Assembly (NCBI GenBank): GCA_039025835.1
Contig: JBCCNM010000002.1
Location: 116 to 64,115 of the forward strand
Source: Pseudomonadota bacterium
GTDB lineage: Bacteria > Pseudomonadota > Gammaproteobacteria > Steroidobacterales > Woeseiaceae
Direction: 5' to 3'
DNA: 64,000 nt
Position numbers and translations under genes: made by a program
In this document: piece by piece, positions 8,619 to 17,585 of the stretch
Layout of the letters: each line of letters opens with the position of its first letter
How positions within the stretch are numbered: the first letter of the stretch is position 1
Notes under the pieces: model-generated
Database searches by the model: none
Told to the model about the DNA's origin: nothing
What the model saw: the letters and a program-made list of their open reading frames with translations, nothing else

Positions 8619-9386
8619 ATGAATCGCGACCTCGTTCTCGCCCTGTTCTTGATACTCGTCGTTGCCGCAGCCGGCTGGTGGCTGTTCTCACCCTCCGAAT
8701 CGCCACCAGCGCCAAAGATCGCAGCGCCGGCCGAAAACAGTGAACCCGAGCGCCCCGCTGAACCGGTATACCGCGTGCCAAGCATGCAGGGGCCGCGTGA
8801 GCTCGTCGATCTGCCGTCGCTCGACGACAGCGACGCTTACTTCCGGCTCGAATTGCGCAACCTCTTCGGGACGACGCTCGATCGTCTGCTGATTGAGTCG
8901 GGGGGCATCGAACGCTTCGTTGCGACGATCGACAATCTGCCACGCAAAACCGTCGCTGACAGCATTCGTCCGCTACGGCCGGTAGCCGGCGCTCTGCGCG
9001 TCGTCGATGGCGAAATCACCGCTGCAAACGCTGAACGCTACGCCCCGTATGTGGCCCTTTTCACCGCAAGCGATATCGACGAACTCGTCGGTGCCTACCA
9101 GCGTTTTTACCCGCTGATGCAGGAGGCGTATCAGCGGCTCGGCTACCCGGACGGCTACTTCAACGATCGTGTCATCGTCGTTATTGATCATCTGCTGCAG
9201 ACGCCGGCAATCGACGAACCGCTGGCGGTCACACAGCCGCATGTGCTGTATGAATTCACCGATCCGTCACTTCAGTCGCTGTCAGCCGGTCAGAAAATCC
9301 TGCTGCGTATTGGTCCTGAGCACCGGAATGCAGTGCAACAGCGGCTGCGCGAACTGCGCAGCCGCCTGACCCGACTCGACGGCTAA
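8619..9386 (+). CDS. conserved membrane-anchored hypothetical protein (DUF3014-like)
   Basis: 255 aa with an N-terminal TM helix (LVLALFLILVVAAAGWWLF). The family assignment is from memory only. Confidence 0.4.
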   Translation: MNRDLVLALFLILVVAAAGWWLFSPSESPPAPKIAAPAENSEPERPAEPVYRVPSMQGPRELVDLPSLDDSDAYFRLELRNLFGTTLDRLLIESGGIERFVATIDNLPRKTVADSIRPLRPVAGALRVVDGEITAANAERYAPYVALFTASDIDELVGAYQRFYPLMQEAYQRLGYPDGYFNDRVIVVIDHLLQTPAIDEPLAVTQPHVLYEFTDPSLQSLSAGQKILLRIGPEHRNAVQQRLRELRSRLTRLDG

Positions 9387-10477
9387 GCGGCCGCGGCTGC
9401 CGCCCACGCAGCCAGCACCTCGGCTTCCTTGTCGGCCGGTATACCGCTGCGCAGAGTCGCCTGGCGCTCTTCGGGCAATCCCTTGAACCAGTCGAGGGTG
9501 GCGCGAACCGTGTCCTCGACGGGGCGGATCGTCAATCCCGCCTCCAGCGACTTGTCCGCGGACCAGGACAGAGAACCGGCCATCGGATTGTCGCTGCCGG
9601 CCCACATCTGAATCTGCCGCCACGGCATCAACTCGTGCTGCGCGAGGAATTCCGCCGGCACCCATTCGAGCTCGGTGCTCTGGTCGGTCACCGCCACGCA
9701 GGCATCGAGCACGTCGCCCATCGGCAGCGGCGGGCAAATCACGTTGTAACTGTCGGTCAGCCGGGCTTCGAGGCAATGCACCATGAACGCCGCGAGGTCG
9801 CGGACGTCGATGTACTGCGTCAGATCACCAGGCTTGCCCGGCGCGAGCATCCGCCCACCTCGGTCCGCGCGCAACGGCCAGTAGGTAAAGCGATCCGTCG
9901 GGTCGCGTGGGCCGACGATCAGCCCCGGTCGAATCTGCGTCACGCGACCGGGCATCGCTTCTTCGGCCGCACGTTCGCAGTACGCCTTCAGCGCGCAGTA
10001 GTGAGTGCCCACGTCCTCCGTGGTCGGATCGTCGAGCACGGCGCGCGGGGTTTCTTCGGTTCGAAATTGAGGCCCTTCCAGCCAGCCGTCGTACTGGCAG
10101 ATGGTCGAGACGAACAGGTACTGCTCCGCCTGGTCGGCCATCAACTGGCTGGAAGCTCCGACGATGCGCGGCACATAACCGGACGTGTCGATCACCGCGT
10201 CAAAATTGCGCCCTCGCAGAACGGACAGTCCGTCATCGACGGTCGGATCGCGGTCGCCCACGAGTTTTTCCAATTCCGGAAAAAGGTCGTTGTTGCTGCG
10301 CCCGCGATTGAACAGCGTCACGTCATGGCCGCGGTCCAGCGCGTACTGCACGGTGTGCGGACCGAGAAACCCGGTGCCACCGAGAAACAGAATTTTCAAT
10401 GATTTGGCATGCGCCGTGAGCGGCAGCGCGCCCGCGGCTGCGGCGGCGCCGAGAAAGGCTCGACGATTGATCTGCAT
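9383..10477 (-). CDS. NAD-dependent epimerase/dehydratase family protein with Tat signal
   Basis: Track ORF extends to 10675. The internal ATG at 10477 gives MQINRRAFLGAAAAAGALPLTAHA (twin-arginine signal). A Rossmann ILFLGGTGFLGPH follows. Confidence 0.7.
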   Translation of the reverse strand: MQINRRAFLGAAAAAGALPLTAHAKSLKILFLGGTGFLGPHTVQYALDRGHDVTLFNRGRSNNDLFPELEKLVGDRDPTVDDGLSVLRGRNFDAVIDTSGYVPRIVGASSQLMADQAEQYLFVSTICQYDGWLEGPQFRTEETPRAVLDDPTTEDVGTHYCALKAYCERAAEEAMPGRVTQIRPGLIVGPRDPTDRFTYWPLRADRGGRMLAPGKPGDLTQYIDVRDLAAFMVHCLEARLTDSYNVICPPLPMGDVLDACVAVTDQSTELEWVPAEFLAQHELMPWRQIQMWAGSDNPMAGSLSWSADKSLEAGLTIRPVEDTVRATLDWFKGLPEERQATLRSGIPADKEAEVLAAWAAAAAA

Positions 10478-10535
10478 AGTGATCTCCCCCTGTACGCTGC
10501 AGTGAGAGCGAGTATGCCGACAAAAGTTCCTGCCG

Positions 10536-11357
10536 TCAGTCCGGCTGGCACGCCGGGCACTGGTAAAACTGACGGCCACCGACATCGATGCGTCGAATTT
10601 CTTCACCGCACGCGTAGCAGGCCTCCCGATCACGGGTGAACACGTAATGACGGTACTTCGCATAGCGAAGGCCACGCGCTTTTAGACGCTTGGCCAGCGT
10701 CGCGGTGACGGTAACACCACGCGTGCGGTAGGCGCGACGACAGATTTTCAGCGTGTCACGCGCTAGTCGCCCAAGTTGCCTGCGGTCAAGGTCAGCAGGA
10801 CGCTTTGCCGGCGACACGCGCGCCGACCACAGAATCTCGGAGCGCAGGTAATTGCCTATCCCCGCCAGGAATTTCTGGTCGAGGTACAGAGCGCCAAGAG
10901 AGCGGCGCCGGAAGCGGTCGCTCGACAGACGCTCGACAATGCTGTCGCTGCTCAGGCTGTCGTCGAGCACGTCCGGACCGACATTACGCAGGAACGGGTG
11001 CAAGTACAGTTCGGATTCGTGCATCAGCGAGACGTCGGTGGCGCTGTACAAGCGGGCCGTGTGCGTCGGTGTGTCGAAGGCCACGCGCAGAGAGCGTGTC
11101 GTGCGCGGCAGTTTCGGCAACTTGCTCGTGTACCAGCGGCCATACAGTTGATTGTGGCTGTAGAGCACGAGTCCGTTGTCGAATCGAGTCAGCATGGCCT
11201 TGCCGCGCGTGTCGATAGCCGTGATCCGTGCACCGTCGAGTTCCTCACTCCGGTTGCGCAGTGCCGGGATCGTAAACTCGATCCGCTGCAGCGGCTGGTC
11301 AACCAGAATCTTTGCAATTTTGTCGGCCGCCAGACGTATCTCAGGACCTTCCGGCAT
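10536..11357 (-). CDS. nei: endonuclease VIII (Fpg/Nei family DNA glycosylase)
   Basis: The internal ATG gives the N-terminus MPEGPEIR, the Nei catalytic Pro2/Glu3 signature. H2TH region and C-terminal zinc finger CYACGEE...YQCPACQ are present. Confidence 0.85.
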   Translation of the reverse strand: MPEGPEIRLAADKIAKILVDQPLQRIEFTIPALRNRSEELDGARITAIDTRGKAMLTRFDNGLVLYSHNQLYGRWYTSKLPKLPRTTRSLRVAFDTPTHTARLYSATDVSLMHESELYLHPFLRNVGPDVLDDSLSSDSIVERLSSDRFRRRSLGALYLDQKFLAGIGNYLRSEILWSARVSPAKRPADLDRRQLGRLARDTLKICRRAYRTRGVTVTATLAKRLKARGLRYAKYRHYVFTRDREACYACGEEIRRIDVGGRQFYQCPACQPD

Positions 11358-11556
11358 TTCGCTCTCCACGGCAGCGCTTGGAACAGTAGCGAACGTTTTC
11401 CCAGTCGCGCGCCCATTTTTTTCGCCACGTAAACGGACGCTGGCAAGTCGCGCAGATCTTTTCCGGCAGGTGTGGCTTCTTGTGCATGCACAGAAGTTTG
11501 GCGGGCAGGCGGGCTCGAGGCTACGATGCAGGTGTAACAAGTCGTTTCCTGGATCG

Positions 11557-12549
11557 ATGACGCGAATTGCAATCATTGGTGCCGGCCTGGCCGGACTCGT
11601 TCTCGGCCGTCAACTCAGTGCACATCACGAGGTGACGTTGTTCGAAAAAGCCCGCGGTGTCGGTGGCCGCATGGCAACGCGCTATGCCGGAGAATTCCGC
11701 TTTGATCACGGCGCGCAATTCTTCACCGCCCGCAGCCGTCGGTTTCGTGATTTCCTGGCGCCTTTTATCGCTGAGGGTAGCGTCGCGCCCTGGTCAGCGC
11801 GGTTTGCCGAGCACACGCGCGCCGACATCACGGCGGCGCGTCAGTGGGGCGACGAGCACCCGCACTTCGTCGGCGTGCCAGGCATGAACGCTCTGCCAAA
11901 ACGACTCGCAGATGATCTCGATATTCGGCTACAAACCCGCATTGTTGCAGCGACACCGTCCGCTGCTGGCTGGCAACTCGTTGACGAGCATGCCGCCGAA
12001 CACGACGTTGACTGGCTGATCGTGACGGTACCCGGGCCGCAGGCCGCAGAGCTGCTGGCCGAGCCGATGCCGGACGCTGCCCGACAGGCGTCGACTGGAA
12101 TGAAGGCTTGCTACGCTGTGATGCTCGGCTTCGATGAACCCCAAACGACCGGTTTCGACGCCAGTCGCGTTCTCGATGCCGACATCAGCTGGATGTCCGT
12201 CAACAGTTCAAAACCGGGGCGCGACATTCCGTTCACGATGGTCGTGCACGCCACCAACGCCTGGGCCGATGCCAATCTTGGTCTGCCGCTGGCCGACGCG
12301 AAGCGGCACCTGTTGTCGGAGTTTGAGGCGGTTAGCGGGATAGACCCCGGTGTTGCAGTGCACAGCGACATCCATCGCTGGCGGTATGCCAATACCGGCA
12401 AACAGGACAGTTCGGGTTACGTATTGGATGTTGAACAGCGACTCGGGCTGTGCGGCGACTGGCTGATTCGCGGCCGGGTGGAAGCCGCGTTTCAGAGCGC
12501 GATGCGCCTCGCGGATCGTTTAGGCGACGTCCTCGTCAGCGATCGTTGA
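11557..12549 (+). CDS. NAD(P)/FAD-dependent oxidoreductase (renalase/amine-oxidase-like)
   Basis: ATG 11557 gives MTRIAIIGAGLAGLVLGRQL...FEKARGVGGRMATR, a dinucleotide-binding fold. The upstream part of the track ORF is antisense to nei. Confidence 0.7.
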   Translation: MTRIAIIGAGLAGLVLGRQLSAHHEVTLFEKARGVGGRMATRYAGEFRFDHGAQFFTARSRRFRDFLAPFIAEGSVAPWSARFAEHTRADITAARQWGDEHPHFVGVPGMNALPKRLADDLDIRLQTRIVAATPSAAGWQLVDEHAAEHDVDWLIVTVPGPQAAELLAEPMPDAARQASTGMKACYAVMLGFDEPQTTGFDASRVLDADISWMSVNSSKPGRDIPFTMVVHATNAWADANLGLPLADAKRHLLSEFEAVSGIDPGVAVHSDIHRWRYANTGKQDSSGYVLDVEQRLGLCGDWLIRGRVEAAFQSAMRLADRLGDVLVSDR

Positions 12550-14472
12550 GACGGCCTGCAGCAGCCGTTCGTGCAGAGTTTTCGCATTGTAGGGTTTGCG
12601 CACGATGGTGACGACGTTTGCCGGCCGCGAACTTTGCAGTTCGTCTTCATCGATCATGCCCGACGCGATCACAACTGGCAGTCCGGGTCGCAGCTCCGCC
12701 ACGCGTCGGGCGAGTTCGATACCGGTCATGTCCGGCATCATGTAGTCGAACACGGCGACGTCAATGGCGTGATTCGCATCGCTGATGTAATCGATCGCAT
12801 CGAGGGCATTGTTGAGACTGTAGACGGCGCAGCCGTATTCGCCCAGCAGCAGCGATATTGAATCGGTGATGGCGAGTTCATCGTCTACGAGGAGTACGCC
12901 GATGGCACCGGCGGGCGTTGCGCTTACGGGCTTCACCGGCTCGTCAACGACCAACGAATCGAGATCGGCCTCGGCGCGTGGCAGCAGCACCCGGACGCGG
13001 GTGCCTTTGCGTAACTGACTGTCGATGAGCAGACCGCCACGAGCATACGATACGGCGCTGTGCACTATGGAGAGTCCGAGACCGGTGCCGCGGCCAGGAT
13101 CTTTGGTGGTGAAAAACGGATCCAAAAGCCGGTCGAGATTTTCAGGCGGAATCCCGGTCCCGGTGTCAGTGACGGTGAGCTGCACGTAGACGCTGGGATG
13201 CAGCCGCCCGGTGAGTGTCTGCAACGGTTCGTCCATGCGCGTTTCGGAAAGGGTGATGAACAGTTCTCCCCCCTGCTCCTCCATCGCGTGCATCGCGTTG
13301 GTGCAAAGATTGGTGACGACCTGCTGCATCTGGGTCGCGTCGGCGATCACTTGCGAACAGGATTCGTCGATATCAACACGAATGCGAATATTCGACGGGA
13401 AGGAGCTGCGAATCAGCTGGATGGAGTCGCGCAAAACGGTCTGTAGCGCCAGCGAACGAACGTCCACGTCACTGGCTCGACTGAAGGACAGGATACGTTC
13501 AACCAGTGACTTTGCGCGGGAACTACCCATCTCGATTCGGGACAGGTAACGCCGCACTTTTTCCGGTTCGTCTGAATGACTGCGAGCCAGTCCCGTGTAG
13601 CCGGAAATGGCCTGCAGGATGTTGTTGAAGTCGTGCGCGATGCCGCTGGCCAGGGTACCGATCGATTCCAGTTTTTGTGTTTGATTCAGTGACTTCTCGA
13701 CCACCCGGCGCCGATCCAGCATATCGTTGAAGTGCTGGCCGAGGACACCGAACTCGTCGTTGCTGGCGATCGTGACGCGTGCATCGAGGTCACCGTCTGA
13801 CACGCGCTGCGTGGCGTCAATGAGCTTGTCGATTCGGCGGGTTACGACGATGTGAAACAGCACACCGAGACACAGAGCCAGGAACGCAGTGCCGAGAGTC
13901 AGCGCGAGGGTCTGTAACCGCACCTGTTCCAGTGCAACCGTCTTTGCCGGGCGCAGGTCTTTCTCGTACCACAGAATCCCGCGACCGGTGTTGCCGAGGG
14001 TATTGGTCGCGTCCACAAGCTGGACCGTATACGCCGCCACGAGAAAGTCGGCACTGTCAGACACGACCACGTCACTGATGCCCGAACTGTTCATGACAGC
14101 CCGCATCTGGCGACGCAGTCCATCCAGTTCCGTACCAGTGCCGCGCAGCACGGTGTGCAACGGTCGGCCGACATCCTCACGTCGCAGTGACGCGATGACA
14201 CTGCCATCCTCCAGAGCCAGACTCGCGTTCAAAATGTGCCGTTCCGTGCCCAAAGAGACGATGTTCTCCTGCACCCAGCTCATTTCGCCGTAACGGTAGC
14301 CGTGCTCGACCTGCGACTGTACGCGTTCAAGCTGAGTACGCTTGTCGCTTATGGCGTCTGCAACCACGCGCTGCACCGCTGCGTCACCGAAAATCGAGTA
14401 GGTCAGCCAGGCCAGCAACCCCGCGAAGAGGATCAGCGTTATCGGAAACAGGTTCCTGACAGTATGGCGCAT
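12520..14472 (-). CDS. hybrid sensor histidine kinase/response regulator
   Basis: 650 aa: TM, periplasmic region, TM, HAMP, HisKA (GIAHDFNNIL), HATPase (DTGTGI, GTGLGLSIV), then a C-terminal receiver (VLLVDDE...VFDYMMPDMTG...RKP). Confidence 0.85.
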   Translation of the reverse strand: MRHTVRNLFPITLILFAGLLAWLTYSIFGDAAVQRVVADAISDKRTQLERVQSQVEHGYRYGEMSWVQENIVSLGTERHILNASLALEDGSVIASLRREDVGRPLHTVLRGTGTELDGLRRQMRAVMNSSGISDVVVSDSADFLVAAYTVQLVDATNTLGNTGRGILWYEKDLRPAKTVALEQVRLQTLALTLGTAFLALCLGVLFHIVVTRRIDKLIDATQRVSDGDLDARVTIASNDEFGVLGQHFNDMLDRRRVVEKSLNQTQKLESIGTLASGIAHDFNNILQAISGYTGLARSHSDEPEKVRRYLSRIEMGSSRAKSLVERILSFSRASDVDVRSLALQTVLRDSIQLIRSSFPSNIRIRVDIDESCSQVIADATQMQQVVTNLCTNAMHAMEEQGGELFITLSETRMDEPLQTLTGRLHPSVYVQLTVTDTGTGIPPENLDRLLDPFFTTKDPGRGTGLGLSIVHSAVSYARGGLLIDSQLRKGTRVRVLLPRAEADLDSLVVDEPVKPVSATPAGAIGVLLVDDELAITDSISLLLGEYGCAVYSLNNALDAIDYISDANHAIDVAVFDYMMPDMTGIELARRVAELRPGLPVVIASGMIDEDELQSSRPANVVTIVRKPYNAKTLHERLLQAVSTIADEDVA

Positions 14473-15488
14473 CAGGGAACGCTCGGCGGCGTCAGCGCAC
14501 TGATCACAGCATCCGACATCAGCAGTGACGCATCGAGATCACTATCGAGAATACCGACATCAATCATCAGAGCATTCAGCGCCCGTATCCTCTCCCGCAG
14601 TTGTCCCTGTTCGGCCGACAGGTAAGCAGCGTTCATCGGGTGGTCGAAAAACGTGAGCTGTTGCAGGGCCTGGTTGATCTCAACCGGTGAGACTCCGCGT
14701 CGGTCTGACATCCACTCAGCAGACTGAGCCGGATTTTGTTCAAGCTGCTCCAGCGCCGCAAACCAGCCCTCGGCAAGAATCATGAGCTTGTCTTGATGGT
14801 GATGCAGTACATGCGGAGTCACGGCCAGCACATCGATGATTTCACCGGGAATTTCACGCGAGGAAAACAGTTCGACCATACCGCGGGCCTTGAGGCGTTC
14901 CAGCACCGGACTGAAGGTTACCACCGCATCGACACGCCCTCGTTCGATCATCATTTCCTGCTCGTCGATCTCCACGGAGACGATGTCAACGTCGTCGAGA
15001 CGCATGCCGTTTGTTTCAAGACCGCGTGCCAGCATCAATGCGCCGAGCGCCGTGCTCTCTGCCGCAACGCGCTTGCCGGTCAGCGCACGCATGTTGGCAA
15101 TTTCGGGACTGGCGACGATCGCGTCGCCGCCGTTTGAAGAGTCGAGTATCATCACAACAACAATGTCGACACCGGTCTGGCGCATGGCCAGCACCTCATC
15201 AAGCGTCAGCGCAGCTGCATCGATCGTGCCATTGGCAAACGAGCGCATGACCTGTGTCGATGAGGAAAATTCCAGCACGCGTGCATCGGACTCAGCGAGA
15301 GTGCCTGCCTTCTGCGCGAGAAAGAACGGTTCGAAGCCGAGCCAGACGTTGGTCCCGAGCGTGATCGGGTGCCCGTCATTGTGATCACGTGACAACAGGT
15401 CGATTGTGGTGCCGGGGATACGGGACACGACGAATGCAACCGCAATCAGTACAAGTGCGTACAGCAGCAGGTTTCGATTCGTAGGCAT
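14472..15488 (-). CDS. periplasmic solute-binding protein (NMT1/THI5, nitrate/sulfonate/bicarbonate ABC-type fold)
   Basis: 338 aa with an N-terminal signal anchor and SsuA/NMT1-like architecture. Its stop overlaps the kinase start by 1 nt. Confidence 0.6.
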   Translation of the reverse strand: MPTNRNLLLYALVLIAVAFVVSRIPGTTIDLLSRDHNDGHPITLGTNVWLGFEPFFLAQKAGTLAESDARVLEFSSSTQVMRSFANGTIDAAALTLDEVLAMRQTGVDIVVVMILDSSNGGDAIVASPEIANMRALTGKRVAAESTALGALMLARGLETNGMRLDDVDIVSVEIDEQEMMIERGRVDAVVTFSPVLERLKARGMVELFSSREIPGEIIDVLAVTPHVLHHHQDKLMILAEGWFAALEQLEQNPAQSAEWMSDRRGVSPVEINQALQQLTFFDHPMNAAYLSAEQGQLRERIRALNALMIDVGILDSDLDASLLMSDAVISALTPPSVP

Positions 15489-15585
15489 TGGCAGATTCCG
15501 TGATGATGAGTCGCTCGCGGCTTATGCGCTATTCTAGCGAATTGAGCGATCATGCGCTGAGCGGGCGAATGCGACGAGGACACAC

Positions 15586-15870
15586 ATGGAACTGATGCAG
15601 GATCTCATCACGGGTGGACGTATCGTGGATATCGTGCTGGTGGTGATGGGAATTGAACTTGTCGTCTCTGCGATTATCGCCAGACGGCGCGGTATTCCGC
15701 TCGATATCCCGGGTCTGGCATTCAATATTGGCGCCGGAGCCAGTCTCGCGCTCGCGCTGCGCGCCAGCCTGACCGGTGACGGCTGGCAGTGGATTGCCGT
15801 GTGGCTCATCAGTTCGCTCGTCTTCCACGTGCTCGATATCAGCAGGCGCTGGCAGCAATCCCGACGCTAG
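15586..15870 (+). CDS. small hypothetical membrane protein
   Basis: 94 aa with 3 hydrophobic segments. It ends 10 nt before the TauE-like start. No recognisable family. Confidence 0.4.
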   Translation: MELMQDLITGGRIVDIVLVVMGIELVVSAIIARRRGIPLDIPGLAFNIGAGASLALALRASLTGDGWQWIAVWLISSLVFHVLDISRRWQQSRR

Positions 15871-15880
15871 CGAGTCTCTG

Positions 15881-16759
15881 ATGGATATTTTCCAGTACTG
15901 GTTCATGTTTCCGGTGGCCATCGGTGTGGCGACCTGCGCGATGCTCAGCGGCATTGGCGGTGCGGCGCTGTTCACGCCGATTTTCGTGCTGCTGTTCCCG
16001 CTGCTCGGCCCGGACTACGTGTTGTCCTCCACCGTAGCCGCGATCGCTGCGGCGTTGATCACCCAGACCTTCGGCTTTTTGTCAGGTTTCATCGGTTACC
16101 AGCGCCGCGGCCTGATCGACTACGGGCTTGCCCGTCGGATGCACGTGATCTCGGTACCTGTGGCCATGGTTGGTGCACTGATTGCGACTTCCATCAACGA
16201 TGCGTTCCTGCTGGCCGGCTATGCGCTGCTGGTGCTGGTCCTTGGGGCCGGTCTCGTGCGTCAGGGCGAACCTTCAGCGGGTCAAACGGATGTACCGCAG
16301 GAGCTCCGATTCGTTGTCGATCGCGCCGGCAAGGAACATCGCTTTGTCGACCCGGGGCGAACGACACGCGGGACGCTGCTGACGATGGCCGGTGCGTTTC
16401 TGACCGGCCTGGTGTCGGTCGGCATCGGTGAGGTGACGATCTCACAGCTCACACGACGCGGTGTGCCGATCGCCGTTGCGGCCGCCACGTCCGTGCTCGT
16501 CGTCATCGTGACCGTAGCTACCGCATCAACGACTCTGGCGGTGCAGCTCATTCGCGAAGGCGGTCTGTCTGCGATTCCCTGGAACCTGCTGCTCTGGGAT
16601 ATTCCCGGCGTGCTGATCGGTGGTCAGATCGGGCCACGTCTGCAGGGCAGGATTCGGCAGATCACGATGCAGAGAGCAATCGGCGCTCTGTTTTTCCTGC
16701 TGTCGATCGCGATGGCGTATGTCGCCTGGCTGCGTTTCCAGGGCGGTTCGCTGCATTGA
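15881..16759 (+). CDS. TauE/SafE (DUF81) family anion exporter
   Basis: The internal ATG gives MDIFQYWFMFPVAIGVATCAMLSGIGGAALFTPIF. It is a polytopic protein with the duplicated TauE-type repeat. Confidence 0.7.
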   Translation: MDIFQYWFMFPVAIGVATCAMLSGIGGAALFTPIFVLLFPLLGPDYVLSSTVAAIAAALITQTFGFLSGFIGYQRRGLIDYGLARRMHVISVPVAMVGALIATSINDAFLLAGYALLVLVLGAGLVRQGEPSAGQTDVPQELRFVVDRAGKEHRFVDPGRTTRGTLLTMAGAFLTGLVSVGIGEVTISQLTRRGVPIAVAAATSVLVVIVTVATASTTLAVQLIREGGLSAIPWNLLLWDIPGVLIGGQIGPRLQGRIRQITMQRAIGALFFLLSIAMAYVAWLRFQGGSLH

Positions 16760-16760
16760 C

Positions 16761-17492
16761 TCAGGCGGCGGTCGCGCGCCCAACCATCCTGCGGCGCTGC
16801 AACGTAATGCGGGCCTGATGGTAGAGCAACAAGGCGACACCCAGAACAGTTGGCGTCGCCCAGAGAATCGGATTAAAGGCGTACTGCGGCAGCAGGTTTA
16901 CAGCGCCGAAAGCGAGAAACGCCGTGTAAACCGAAATGCCCGCTCCGACCAATCCCCGCGTGTGTTGAATCAGCCACTCATTCGGGGGAGGCGTCGATCG
17001 CAGGATAAAGTGTGTATTCAAGACCGGTGCAATAAGCCCGATCGACGAGATACCGATCATTAGCGGTTCGCCGATTACGAATCCCTGTGCGGCGCAGTGG
17101 ACTGCCGCGACAAACGTAGCGCATTGCAAAAACAGGTTCAGGGGTGTTCGGTTGGCGTGGTGAGTGCGTTTGTTGCGAATGCACAGCAATCCATACCAGG
17201 CCAGCATGATGGTCAGTATCGCCAGGTACATCATCATCCAGCCAAACACGCCGCGGATTCGGTCAACATCCTCCCAGAACGGATGAGTCTGTAGAGGTGC
17301 GACCAGCGTGCACAGACTTATGCCGATGGCCAATCCACCGGTCAGGAGCATGCTGCTCACAAAGGTTTTTCCCCAGAGACGATGGTTGCGCCCGCCCTTT
17401 TTGCCGACGATAGGTACCCACACGCACAGCAAGCCCGCCGCACCAGTGACAATATGTGCGTAAATCAAGAACTTGAACAGGTAAACAGCCAT
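16761..17492 (-). CDS. hypothetical polytopic membrane protein
   Basis: ATG 17492 is preceded by GAGAGGGAGAA (SD). About 6 TM helices. Family not recognised. Divergent from crtI. Confidence 0.5.
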   Translation of the reverse strand: MAVYLFKFLIYAHIVTGAAGLLCVWVPIVGKKGGRNHRLWGKTFVSSMLLTGGLAIGISLCTLVAPLQTHPFWEDVDRIRGVFGWMMMYLAILTIMLAWYGLLCIRNKRTHHANRTPLNLFLQCATFVAAVHCAAQGFVIGEPLMIGISSIGLIAPVLNTHFILRSTPPPNEWLIQHTRGLVGAGISVYTAFLAFGAVNLLPQYAFNPILWATPTVLGVALLLYHQARITLQRRRMVGRATAA

Positions 17493-17585
17493 GTTCTCCC
17501 TCTCAAAGCCAAGGCCACCCATCGCCTACGTTGCACAGTATAATATGCAGCGGCGCTGCGCCCGCAGCATAAGGACAAATACGGT

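Noticed and set aside
17532-17549. TGC-N12-GCA dyad containing a perfect TATAAT (17539-17544) upstream of crtI
   Set aside because: It is not the TGT-N12-ACA PpsR consensus, and I found no acceptable -35. It may still be the crtI -10 element, but sequence alone does not support that.
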